DNA from: Amoebophrya sp. A120
Taxonomy: Eukaryota > Protista > Dinoflagellata
Reading direction: 5' to 3'
NCBI GenBank assembly: GCA_905178155.1
Contig: CAJINV010000008.1
Span: forward strand, 1,178,001-1,242,000
DNA length: 64,000 nucleotides
The position numbers were made by a program, and so were the translations under genes. A model generated the notes under the pieces. The model searched no databases. It was not told the DNA's origin and saw only the letters and a list, made by a program, of their open reading frames with translations. This document shows, piece after piece, positions 38,267-49,788 of this stretch (within the stretch, counting starts at the first letter, position 1; each line of letters opens with the position of its first letter).

Positions 38267-40138
38267 ATGCCGGCTGCTACAAAAGCATCAGACGCGAAGC
38301 GACGGCGGAAGGCTCTGGAGGCCGTGGTTTTTGGCGCAGGTGGTCACGACGGGACTGATGATGATTCCGAAGTCTATGACTCGGAGGATGATGGTACATC
38401 AAGGAACAACATCAATAATGTCCAAACAAGCGGACAAACAAGGTCGGTCGTAGGTACCTCGCAGCATTTGGTGGAGCGGTCCATTTTGGGAGAACAGGCT
38501 CGGAACGCGTGCGTCTGGAACGATTCGGACGAGGAAAACCTGGAGGTCCAGATTACCACCGGCAAGAAGCGCCTTCGCAAATTGCGAAAAGCGGCTGAAG
38601 AGACCAGGTTATCGGGGAAGGATTACGAGCAGCGCCTGCGGGAACAGTTCTTGAAGCAGCAGCGACAAACGGTTCCCAGTTGGGCAAAGCCGAAGGAGGC
38701 AGAGGAAGACGAGGATGAAGAAGTGCACGATAGCAAGACGAGCGCTGGTGCTGACAGCGACCTGGACGACCAAGAAGATGAAACAGCCGAGGTGCAACAT
38801 GAAATCGACCTGGATCGGTGCGTAGCGCAGAAGAAGTATGGTCTTTTTGCTTCGAAGGCCGATCAGAAGAAGAACAAGAGCAACCACGCAAAAGCCATCA
38901 AAACGGCCAAGAATCTAGCGGACGAAAAGGAGCAGAAAACAAGTATCACCGCGTCTGCTGCGGACCAATTCAAGAACAAGCCGCTACCCCCGCCGAGCGT
39001 CGGTTTGTTCATGACCACGCGCCCAAATTTGAACGCGGCCTCTCAGATGAACTGCGTCGCGGAGTGCGTGAAGTTCCACCCGAACAGCGAAATCGTTGCT
39101 ACGGCGGGGAAGGACAAAATGCTGAAGCTTTTTGCCATTAACGCGGATCCGCACGCCGAGCACCCGCTCCTCGCGTCCTACCACTTCGAGAAGTACCCGA
39201 TCACCGGGATGGCCATGCAAAACAAGTACGGCACGACCAGTGGCGAAGACGCGACCACGATCTTTCTGTGCGGGAAGACGCACGAGCTGAAGCAGTACGA
39301 CATTGCCACGGGGAAAGTGTCCACGTTCTGCCCGTTCCGAGGCACGAACAGCCGGGCCAAAAACGACATCGGCACGTTGTGGGACTTCCAAATCGCGGAC
39401 TTCGGCCCGTCGAGCAGCAGCCAGGGCGACCAGAACCTCGCCTCGGTGCTCTCCGAGAACGGGAAGCTGTGCGTAATCGACACGCGGATCGCCACCACCG
39501 TGAAGCAGTTCCAGATGAACAGCGCGGCGCAGTGCCACGTTCGCCTGCCGACAGGTAAGGGAACTGCTGCAGCGGCTCAATTTCTGTCCTGCGACGCGAC
39601 CGGCCGCATGTACGAGTGGGACTTGCGCAGTGGCCGCTGCCTGCACAATTTCCAGCACGACAACTGCATCGGGATTTCCTCCATCGACGTCTCTGCTGAG
39701 GGCACGCAGATCGCGATTGGCACGACCTCCGGGACGGTAGACGTGTTGGAAAGAAATTATTCGGCGCAACCACTCTCCTCCTCCGGGGACCACGGGGGCG
39801 TTGACGGCGGGCAAGAACGGTATGTGTTAAAGAAAACGTACGACCAGTTGCAGCACGAGATCAGTACGGTCCGGTTCCACAAACACTTTCGCAACCCAGC
39901 GAAGAACGCAGCTGAACCCTCGTCCGAGCTCCTGTCTTTCGCGTCCAAATACACGAGGAAGGGGTTGAAAATGGCCCACTTGCAGTCGCACACCGTGTAC
40001 GAGCAGTCGTGGAACACCTTTCCGTTGAAGTACGTGCAAAGCATCGAGTTTTCGAACAAGAACGGCTACTGCGCACTGGGACAGAGCGATGGGAAGGTGT
40101 TGTTGTTTCAGATTGACCACTTCGGGGTGAACTCTTAG
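38267..40138 (+). CDS. UTP18: U3 snoRNP-associated WD40 protein UTP18
   Basis: LEAVVFG, WNDSDEE, RLRKLRK...LSGKDYEQRLREQF...PSWA, VKFHP..ATAGKDKMLKLF, YEWDLRS, LKMAHL..TVY..W. Intronless. Confidence 0.88.
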   Translation: MPAATKASDAKRRRKALEAVVFGAGGHDGTDDDSEVYDSEDDGTSRNNINNVQTSGQTRSVVGTSQHLVERSILGEQARNACVWNDSDEENLEVQITTGKKRLRKLRKAAEETRLSGKDYEQRLREQFLKQQRQTVPSWAKPKEAEEDEDEEVHDSKTSAGADSDLDDQEDETAEVQHEIDLDRCVAQKKYGLFASKADQKKNKSNHAKAIKTAKNLADEKEQKTSITASAADQFKNKPLPPPSVGLFMTTRPNLNAASQMNCVAECVKFHPNSEIVATAGKDKMLKLFAINADPHAEHPLLASYHFEKYPITGMAMQNKYGTTSGEDATTIFLCGKTHELKQYDIATGKVSTFCPFRGTNSRAKNDIGTLWDFQIADFGPSSSSQGDQNLASVLSENGKLCVIDTRIATTVKQFQMNSAAQCHVRLPTGKGTAAAAQFLSCDATGRMYEWDLRSGRCLHNFQHDNCIGISSIDVSAEGTQIAIGTTSGTVDVLERNYSAQPLSSSGDHGGVDGGQERYVLKKTYDQLQHEISTVRFHKHFRNPAKNAAEPSSELLSFASKYTRKGLKMAHLQSHTVYEQSWNTFPLKYVQSIEFSNKNGYCALGQSDGKVLLFQIDHFGVNS

Positions 40139-41113
40139 ATGATGCGTCGAGGAGAACAATCAACTCTTTCGAAGGAGAAGTAGGCGGTGCGGTGTTTGTA
40201 GGATGGTCGTGCACGACGGGCGAAGCTGACGAACAAGTTAAGGCGCTGCACTGTTGTGACAGGGGACAAAACATGCTGAGAATACTTCAGGAGCGCTCTA
40301 TGTTCGAAAGTCGAAAGAAACGGAACCAAAAATGCAGCGCTTCACCGCCTTCACGCTATTTGTCAAAAAATGAAAAATGCAATTTAATGATACTGGCCCC
40401 CTAACACCAGCTGCAGTGTCGCGTTTGTCGCGACGCCGCCTCATTTTCCTGCGATACGCAGTAAGGATGGCCTTACTTCAGGTTTATTTTCCTCGTTAAT
40501 TGCAGCATCAGCTCTGGCGTTTGTGGAAGTTCTATCCTGCAGCTGAGAGACTGGACGAGCGCAAGTTGTGGTTCTTGTCATAGTCCATATCCTGTCCTCT
40601 TGGATGTTTGGTACGAGGAAAATCAAGGGAACCACGCATTTTCACGAACAGGCGGTTGAGCGAGCACTTTCTCATTATATTCACATCAGTTCCAGTATTG
40701 TTAGGTAGTTCATGTTCATCTTTACTTAATAATGATTGCTTCCGGTTGTAGAAGAAAGGTTGAGCGGTCATGTTTTTGGTTTCTTGGAGCTTTGTGTTGA
40801 TCATCGCTCACTCGTAGGGGGTCACGGTCTTCTCTTTACTAACTCTGGCGAGATATTACACGGCGGAAGATGCACAAGGATGTGAGTAGCAGCTGATACC
40901 AGCTTTAGCAAGCAACGCCAGGCGGCAACCGCGCTTGGCGACCTCAGCCAGCTTCTGCGGACGAAAAGATTCCGGCTCCGCACGACGTTGCTGTGGCGGC
41001 ATACTGCAAGCAATAGGAAGGCATTGCCGCGAGGCACCAGAAGTAGTACATTATTTTCGACGAGGCGGGGTTTACGTTTATTTTATCCTCTCCGCGTAAA
41101 CATAAACAAGAAG

Positions 41114-44100
41114 ATGCAGATCACTTTTTTCCGGTATCTCGCCCAGGGGAAGCGGCCGGCGTTGCTGGTCGGCGGCGGGGAGAAAACGAAGCAAATGGGC
41201 TTGGGTGATGTGTCAGTCGACGTTGCCGAGGACATGCTGAAGAATTTCTTGACCGACCAAAAGGTCCAACTCTCGTCAAATTACCACACCGATGACTTGC
41301 ACATCAGGCCACTGGCACCCGCTGTCGACAACAAGAACGACTTCTTGCAGGAATTTAACGAATGGCTCAGGGTACTTGATAGAGTGTTTTCAATTCACTA
41401 CTATTGAAAGGACCTACTTTTTCGTTTTGATAGTGGCGAGCCGTTAGCGGCGCTTCACAAAACAAGAAGATCCAGAATTTTATAAACGGGTTTTGTGTTG
41501 CTGTTGCTTGTCGTGTGAGAGCAAAATAGTGAAGTAAAAATATTTGCCCTTCAAATTCTCGTCCACAGTGCAAGGGCTCGTCGTCCAACACGCCTGCGTG
41601 GGAGAAGATATACCCCGATCTCTACGTGTTTTTCTTCACGGGCTGCGCCACCGACAAGGGCGACCTGTTGCTCACCCCGGCGGCCTCCACAACCACCGGC
41701 GGGTCCGCGTCTTCTTCCTCGGCGCAGTATCAAATGCAAAAGTGTCTGGGTCTGGAAGAATGCAGATTTTTGCCATGCTGTTTTTGCATGACACAGAAGG
41801 TCTGTTATGGAAGCCCTAGCGTCACAGATTTCGAGAACGTTCCGCAATGCTTAATCCGCATGAAAAATCCCCCTTTTTGGTGACAGGAAATAGGCACCTT
41901 TTGCTGCCTATGCATGAGAGATTTGCGCGGGTAGTGGAATTCGCATCACAAGTTCGGATCCTTCCAGGCCCAGACATTTTTGCATTTGATACGCAGAAGG
42001 AGGCGATTATTTCCCTGTTGGACATCGAGAAGGCGTGGGACCTATCCTGTGCAAAAGTATCGTACTCGTACTAATCGCAGTCATGCATTACAAATTATGT
42101 TCTCAATGTAAATCCGCATTACAAATTTTATTTCTCATGCTGAGGGAATTTGTCATGCATTTATAGTTATACGAGTACGATGCTTTTGCATTCCATAGGA
42201 CCAGTTTAAGGATGAGCATTTGCCGCGAGTGATGAGCTACGAGGAGTACCGGGACAACTACTACACGTCGAGCGGCAAGCGCGGCAGCGCGCAGGAACGC
42301 TCTAGTTCGTCCACGAGAAAACAGCAAATCGCGAAGGAGTTGTCCGCGCCCGCGACGGCGCAGGTGTCGCCCCTGTTGTGGCTAATACTGGACAGCGACT
42401 TTAGCAACCACTGGGTCGACTACGCCTACAGCAGAAACTACCGGGACATCGTTATTCAAGGTACAGCTCCTACTTTTGAAGTACTAGAGCCAACACAAAT
42501 GCGAACGCTTCCCGTCTCTTTCAGGACAACAGACACCTTCACTGGGACACTACATAATGTGGTCCCAGCGATGTTGATGCTGTAGCTGTTCATTTGACTC
42601 TGTGAAGGCTTACTCTTTGTCAGTCTAATTCTGGTCAATATAGACAGAGGTCAGAAAGATTGAAATAAGGACAAACTGTCAGCGTGCATGACTTTGTTAT
42701 TTTTCACTCGGCAACCGCGATGCAAGCGTTGACCTTAACCGCGCGATCATAAGTTCCACAATCTAATACGTACATCATGATAGGCTTCACTGACGGGGGC
42801 ACGGCCCCACTCCACGTCGTTGCAAAAGCTTGGATGCAACTCCAGTCCGAGCACATCGACAATCGGATGCAATGCAAAAGCATCGTACTAGTATAGATTG
42901 CATTACAAGTTTGCTCAGCATGACAAATGCAATTTGTAATGCTGTTTTACCTTAGGAGGAAAATTTGTCATGCATATTTGCAATTAGTACGAGTGCGATG
43001 CTTTTGCACAGGATAAATCGGCAGTTTGGACAGTTTCTGAAGGCCATGGGCGGGTCCTGGGCCACGCCGAAGGTCTACGCAATGCCGGGATTCCGGTTTC
43101 CGCCATGGTACGTGCCCAACTTCCAGGAGCTTTATCAAATGTAAAAGTGTCTGGGTCTGGAAGGATGCAAGGTCTGCCATGCACATTTTGCATGACTCCT
43201 GATGTCTGCGATGCATGCCCTAGCATCACAGATCTTGCGAGGGCTTTCTGATGCCTATACTGCAGGAGAAATGCCCTCTCGCCGGGGCCAAAACCAGACC
43301 TCTTTTGCTGTTCATGGAATACAGATTTTTGGATAATGCAGACGCAGCATCACAAGTTGCATTCTTCCAGACCCAGACACTTTTCCATTTGATAAGCTTT
43401 ATCACATGTTGATCACTAGCAACAAGAAAATACAGGACGCCGAGGGCCCCGGAGCCAAAAAAGTGCAGTGGATATTCGAAAGACGCGAAGATCCGGAGAA
43501 AGACTCGGGATTCAGCTTCATCTGCTCAAAGTAAGTACTTGATTGATCAAAGTCAAACATAAAAAGTTTTCATCTAGCAGCATGTTTGTTTTTGCTCATT
43601 CTGGAGACTCGTCGTGCAGCCAGCGCCAGCCTGCAGCGAGATGAAATAACGACAACTCTCATGAGCCAACGACAAGACCACAATCAATAGCCTAAAAAGC
43701 TAAAACCACTACAGAGACAAACCGATTCACGTGTACCAAATCCAGCTGGCGCAGGGACGCAGACAGGTCTTGGCGCAGTCTTTTAGTGTTTTGCAAGCTG
43801 AAGTGGAGGAGGCGATACACGAAGTGGAGGCCTTGCGGCTACTGTACGCCGATGGAGACATACGACCAAGTATAAAATGTGTGTGGATTTCTTCCACGGC
43901 GCGGAGAAAATCGCTGTGGCCTCTAAATCTAGCGCATGTTCATGCACCAGAGGCATAGATTTTGGCTGCTTCTTCTTTTCTTTGTATGTCGCATTGCTAC
44001 AACGAAGGCCACGACCATCATCATCAAACTGAAAGGCTATAAATAGAAAATCTACCACAGACAAGGACAACCGAAACAACCTCCGCGCCTCGGGTCTCGA

Positions 44101-45817
44101 GCAGGAGGACAGTTTATTCTCGGGCGAGAAGCTTTTGTTTGTCCTGCACACGTTGAAGATATATCTCTACACGCCAAGGGTTTGTTCCGCGGCAGTCCGC
44201 GCTCTCTGGGCGTTAACCTACAACGAGGAGGTCCGGTCCGACCTGATCACTCCCGTGGTCATTGAGCTCTTATCCACAGAAAAAAACCCATCCACATCCA
44301 TTTTTTGCATGACAAACACAGAATTTTATGTATGTTTTGCATGACAAATTGGATGTGGATGGGTGTTTTTTCCTGGATAGCTCTTGCTGAAAGTCACCAA
44401 GCTGCACTATCCTGTGCAAAAGTCTCGTACTCGTATTGCAGTCGTGCATTACAAATCTTTTTCTTAAGGCAAATCAGCATTACAAATTTTATTTCTCATG
44501 CTGAGGAAATTTGTAATGCATTTATACGAGTACGATACTTTTGCAATGCATATGCACATACACGACCCCAAAGTCTGCCTCTACGCCACCGGAGTACTAT
44601 GATTTACTATCTCGATGTTCATATGATATCGCTCATATGATATCGCCCGATCCTCGGTGTGGTGCAAAAATGACTATGTATAACGGTACGCAAATAACGC
44701 CCAGAGAACCTGACTGAAGATGTCCGTTGTAGTTGCGGTATCGCATGATGTAGTTCAATCGATCGTGACGCCAGGAGCACTGACGAGACCGAGAGTCATT
44801 TCCTTGTCGTCAAGAATATCATTTCCGCGTCTCATTGTCATTGTTCAGGTGATATCGCGGTGCGCCTGGAATTTGAAGATATGGCGGAATGGTGGCAGTT
44901 CCAGTGGGGACAGCAACCACGGTAGCTCGCAGTCGACGCTTTCTAGCACGTGGAACCGACTGTGCGAATTCATCTTGCTCCACCCAGCAGAGGAGGAACT
45001 GGTGCGGCTGGTATCCGTGTCGCTCGCGGCGCTGTCCGCGGAGATGCCGATGTCGGTGTTCCCGACGATCTTCCCCATCACCTGCGACGTGATTGAATTC
45101 TACCTCGGCAACGCGGACACCCTGTACGCACTGCTCGGGCTGATACTGCAGCTGATTGCGCAGCACGTGCCGGAATCCTCCGAGGACTGCCTCCGGGTGT
45201 TCGCGCTGCTCCTCCAGGTCATCGAGAAGCACCCCGAGAACGGCCAGATGACGCGGCAGTGCGCCCTGGGCTTCTTGCTATGCTGTGCACAAGTCTCGCA
45301 CTCATATAAATGCATTTACAAATTTCCTCAGCATGAGAAATAAAATTCGTAATGCGGATTTGCCTTTAAAAAATAAAAAAGACTTGTAAGCAATGCAAGA
45401 CTTGCAATACGAGTGCGATACTTTTGCACAGGATACTTGCGCTTGTCCACCAACAACCGCGCAAAGGAAATTCTGCTGCAGACGACTCCTTTGTTCAACC
45501 TGTTCCTCAACCTGATCGCGCAGTCCGTCGCGAATTTCCTGGACCGGGACCCCTACGTGGTCTGGCAGATGATTTCCTGCTTGCTCAACTTCCTCAAAAG
45601 CCACGCCCCATACACGAAAAAGCTGCTGTTCGTACACCCCAAGTGCCGCCAGATACACGACCTCTGCGTCGTCTTCACCGAGCGAAACGAGACAACCGCA
45701 AACGAATACGACGAGGTATTGAAGCAGCAGGTGCGGGAGTTCTTGCACATCTTTCAATCGGAAAAGGGTCTCATGCGACAAATGCGCATCAACGAAAAGA
45801 GAAAGGAAAAACTGTAA
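41114..45817 (+). CDS. Multi-exon hypothetical protein with helical (ARM/HEAT-like) C-terminal half
   Basis: A continuous frame can be built using GT-AG introns (about 41372-41568, 42461-42783, 43531-43745, 43870-44065, 44594-44848) plus removal of seven introners. AAVRALWALTYN and similar amphipathic helices are present. Exon choice at 43745-44065 is ambiguous. Confidence 0.7.
41728..41991. mobile_element. Introner family B (264 bp)
   Basis: TATCAAATGCAAAAGTGTCTGGGTCTGGAAG...CTTCCAGGCCCAGACATTTTTGCATTTGATA. TSD cgcag. Confidence 0.93.
42043..42197. mobile_element. Introner family A (155 bp)
   Basis: TATCCTGTGCAAAAGTATCGTACTCGTA...TACGAGTACGATGCTTTTGCATTCCATA. TSD ggacc. Confidence 0.93.
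42866..43015. mobile_element. Introner family A, reverse orientation (150 bp)
   Basis: GATGCAATGCAAAAGCATCG...CGATGCTTTTGCACAGGATA. TSD aatcg. First base is G rather than T. Confidence 0.9.
43133..43394. mobile_element. Introner family B (262 bp)
   Basis: TATCAAATGTAAAAGTGTCTGGGTCTGGAAG...CTTCCAGACCCAGACACTTTTCCATTTGATA. TSD agctt. Confidence 0.93.
44271..44379. mobile_element. Introner family C, reverse orientation (109 bp)
   Basis: Reverse complement of 28373-28481 with 2 mismatches by eye. TSD gctct. Confidence 0.94.
44408..44552. mobile_element. Introner family A (145 bp)
   Basis: TATCCTGTGCAAAAGTCTCGTACTCGTA...TACGAGTACGATACTTTTGCAATGCATA. TSD tgcac. Confidence 0.93.
45279..45435. mobile_element. 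Introner family A, reverse orientation (157 bp)
   Basis: TATGCTGTGCACAAGTCTCGCACTC...GAGTGCGATACTTTTGCACAGGATA. TSD cttgc. Spliced reading LGFL-RLSTNN. Confidence 0.92.
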
Positions 45818-47079
45818 AATGAAGTTTCATCTGTTTCGATTTTTTTCACACGGTCAATATGGCATCCGTATCGCCGATGGATTCGGATTTCATAGCTGTG
45901 CATTTACTATATTTTACGATTTCCCTCGACTGCCATTCGATCTTCAAAGAACGTACGCCCGCCACTTCCATTTTTAGCCCGGTAGTTTCTTGGTCCTTGC
46001 GGCCTGCCAAGGGACAAACTCCGAATTTTGTGAACAGCGTTTTTCTGTTATTGATACCTAAACCTAGCAATAAAAAAGAAAATCAAGATGATCAATGTCG
46101 ACATTAGCAACTGTTTGAAACCGCAAGGCTACGTCGTCGACCAGCGAAGCGATGCCTGCGCAGGTGCAGTCTTGTTAGTATGCAATATTTGAACAGAAAA
46201 GCAACAACGTCAAGCGTTAAGCTTTGGCGAAGAATGATCGCAATCAAAATGAAATGTAGAATAAGATGAGCACTGTGTAGAATTTTGAATGCACTTTTTT
46301 TCGCTACAATGAACACAGCAGGGCCGCTCCGAAACCCGTGCCTGATGAAACAATGTAAGCACTCATTTCGAGGAGTCAGACCTTAGGGCAGCTGCAGGTC
46401 GAGCAACTCGTGAACAGAGGACTCACTGTCAATCTCACGCCCAATTCTCCTGGAGACGAGAAACGTAGGGCTGCACTAGCGGCGCAGTCGCAGCTACTTT
46501 TTGCGCTTGCTTACATACTGACAAAGATCACCGAAATCATCTAGTATATTTCATGCCAGGCATTGGTGGCATTGTGAACAACAGCATGTGAGTGACGCCT
46601 TTAGTACTTGCTTATGCATCTTTCGATAAATAAAAAAAATTGTTGTAGATCATGGCATGCATCAACGACGCTCAACTATGCGCGAGAGAGAGCGAAATGA
46701 ATCCTCAAATGGCCGCACTACATTGTTCACGTGCGAGAAATAAGAATAACAGCAACAGCAAATGTTTTTTTCCTAAATGACCCCAGATCGATTTCGATTC
46801 CACATCAGTCGAAAACTCAAATGATTTTGATTGCTATCTTTCAGGACCTCATAATCAACAGTGTCACGAGCGACTCAAATTGAAGTCGTGAAAGTGACGA
46901 ACAACGAACCTGTCGTTGGATAGCCACTATCTGAGCGACCCTGTTATATTGTTTCACTCATAATTGTCATTGATCAAATTAGTTTGCTAGGTTAGTTCTT
47001 CAACTCACTAGCTACACCAACACCTTGTCTTCCTTTTATTGCGCATAAAAAAATCATTTTGAAAACATAAACGTTCAAA

Positions 47080-48158
47080 ATGGCGATGAGCAGCGAGCAG
47101 CCACCATTTCAGATGCCAATGCACGAGTCCGATGTGCTCGGGGATCAGGCAGAGGTCATGGCGATTCTGAAACGTATCAATCATAATTGATGATTGCCTT
47201 TATGTAGATTGGAGTTCCTCAGCCTGCTGGGTTTTCGCATGGATCGCTTGTTTGCATGATTTTTGACATTTTTGATGAGGAGCATGCGTTTTGTTTATTT
47301 TCCCTTGATGAAGAAGTTATTTCCACCTTTGCAACACTCAACAGAGCAAAAGCGAATCCAGGCGGACAAGAATAAGGAAATGAAGGAACAGAAATCCAAG
47401 GGAAAGCCGCAAGCGAAAGGAAACCGATCCAAGCGCGCTGGTCTCATGTTCCCGGTCGGCTTGATTGACCGAAAATTGGTAAGAATTGTTTTTGAGTACC
47501 GACCCGAGGACATGATTTACTTTGTACTACGAAGAATATTATGAAGGCAAAGCGCACGTTCCATTTCGCTCTGCCTTTCTTGCAACAGCTTTGTGCTTGG
47601 ACGATGCGTGCTTCGAAGGTCCCTCTTGCATGGCAATTTTAGTGTACCTATCGACATTCACATACATAGAACAAAACAAAAATGAAACTCATACCAATTT
47701 TTTTTACAGAAAGAGATGGGTGTCGCGAAGCGTGTGGGTCAGGGTGCGTCAGTTTTTCTGGCTGCAGTCCTCGAATACTTGACCGCAGAAGTGCTGGAGT
47801 TGGCGGGAAACACGACCCAAGAAGCGAAGAAGACCCGAATCTTGCCGCGTCACATTCAGCTGGCAGTACTTGCTAATTTACTTGACTTTGCTGATTTTAG
47901 CTGCTGCTGTAGTTTTTCATGCCCTTATGCTCCAATGTCGACCTGTTCCTTTGCAGTTACGTTTGAGTCTTGAGCTTCCAAGAGCAAGTTTGATGAACTC
48001 AGCAGACATGTAGTTGAACGTGATGAAAAACTACAAATCAGATCCACAAGGATGAAGAATTGGAGAAGTACTTGGGAAATACCACCATCGCCGCGGGTGG
48101 TGTCCTTCCGGGAATCCCATCGATCTTGCTGCAACAACAGCCGAAGTCTAACAAGTAA
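47080..48158 (+). CDS. H2A: Histone H2A, divergent, with N-terminal extension
   Basis: [79 protein letters not shown] introns 47174-47344 (tentative), 47479-47709 and 47866-48041. Confidence 0.92.
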
Positions 48159-49788
48159 AAACAGGCGGTGATAGTGCTTTGAAAACAACTACCAGCACGA
48201 CGGGTCATAATTCACTAGTGTGTGATCCGCGGCACTACTTCGAACTGGGATCGAGACCACCGTTCCTGCTCTCGTCAGCATCTGACCTATTTTCTTGTTT
48301 TACGGAAGTTCATCAACACTCACGGTCACGCACGCCTTCGCCCTCTCAGAAAAGTAGCACGCCTGCGAAGGAAAGATGAAGTTAACAGCAGCAATATAGG
48401 AATCATGAAATTCATTTGTTTTGCTTGGCGTGGTTTTTCCCCTGTTTCGCGAACTGATCTTTATTTTTCTTCAATATGTGATTGTCGCCTCTTGACATCG
48501 AGCTGCTAATCTTGGAGAACTTTTCTGAACTGATTTTACTTTTTTCAACGTCGCAGAGAATATTGGACGATGTTGGCAATGGCAACCTTCACAACGCCTA
48601 TCATTCAAACTCCAGGCAATTTTTTGACGAGCCTCGCTTTTCAACAACTTTTGGAGATGGAAACCGAACAAAGGAAAGGTACTGCTACAACCACGGGCAT
48701 AGGGCAGGAAAAGGATGCGTGTCACGAGTTAAACCACAAATGTCTCAGATAAGATAGAACAGAGAACTGATTTGAAAAATAATACAAAAACGATGGTGGA
48801 CGCGGAGAAGTAGAAAAGAAAAGCCAAAATACAAACCGAAAACGCCAAGCTCGCTGAGTACGTGGGCATCCAGATCTAGATCTTGATCTACAGTTTTAGT
48901 GCTTGCTTTCAGGGCGAGGTGTTCGAAGTAACGATTTCGCGTACTGAGTGCTTTATTTCTACATCTTTATGCTTCGCTCGTCGTTGCGCTTTGGCATTGC
49001 ACTTTTCTTTCTTCGGTTTGTCGTCATACGTTGCTGTCACTTTTTCCCCGTGGATCCGCTTCATTGCGCAAGTACCAGTGTCGCTGGCGAGACTTAGCCA
49101 GACGTATATTTTTCGTCCTTGTTCTGCCATCAGAAAACGAGTTCAACATGTCAACTGATTTCGACGCAAATCGCAGGTGGATAAGATGAAATCTGATTGT
49201 GTTCACCCGCATCGTGGTTTGTAGAGCCCAGCATCGTTCTTGAAAAGGAAAAACAAAAAGGAAAAATGAAATCGGTATTAGCACAACCTTAGCTGCAGTA
49301 GGAGTGCTCTGAATCTGATACTGATTCAACACACTTCCATGACTTTGAATGACTAAAGTGTCGGTATCCACCTCCGGTGTAAAAACTCAGCCTGTGTTTA
49401 TCGTGCGCTCATTATCCTGTCTCTCTCGTCCGACACATCCAATTGCTTCGGTTCTTCGTCCAGGCCCAAAGAAATCGTCTGTCGTTCTTGTTCATAAAAG
49501 AGCTCGTTGTATTCGTTTTCCTGTTGGAATTAGAAACCATCGCTAAGCGTTAAAAGGAAGCTTCAAATGAATTTGTTTATCAGGACCCCAGCATCTTTGA
49601 AGAAGTGTTATACCCAAGGTGAATGCATTTAGCACATCAATAATTCCAATCATCATGTTCATGTTGATGCAGCATTTTAGTCCAGAAAATACAAGTACCC
49701 CTTGCTCGAGCTGAATTTAAGTCCACAAAAATTTACATCGACACGTAGTTCTTCCAAAGGCAGCTGCGCCTCACATCCAGCAGCGAAA

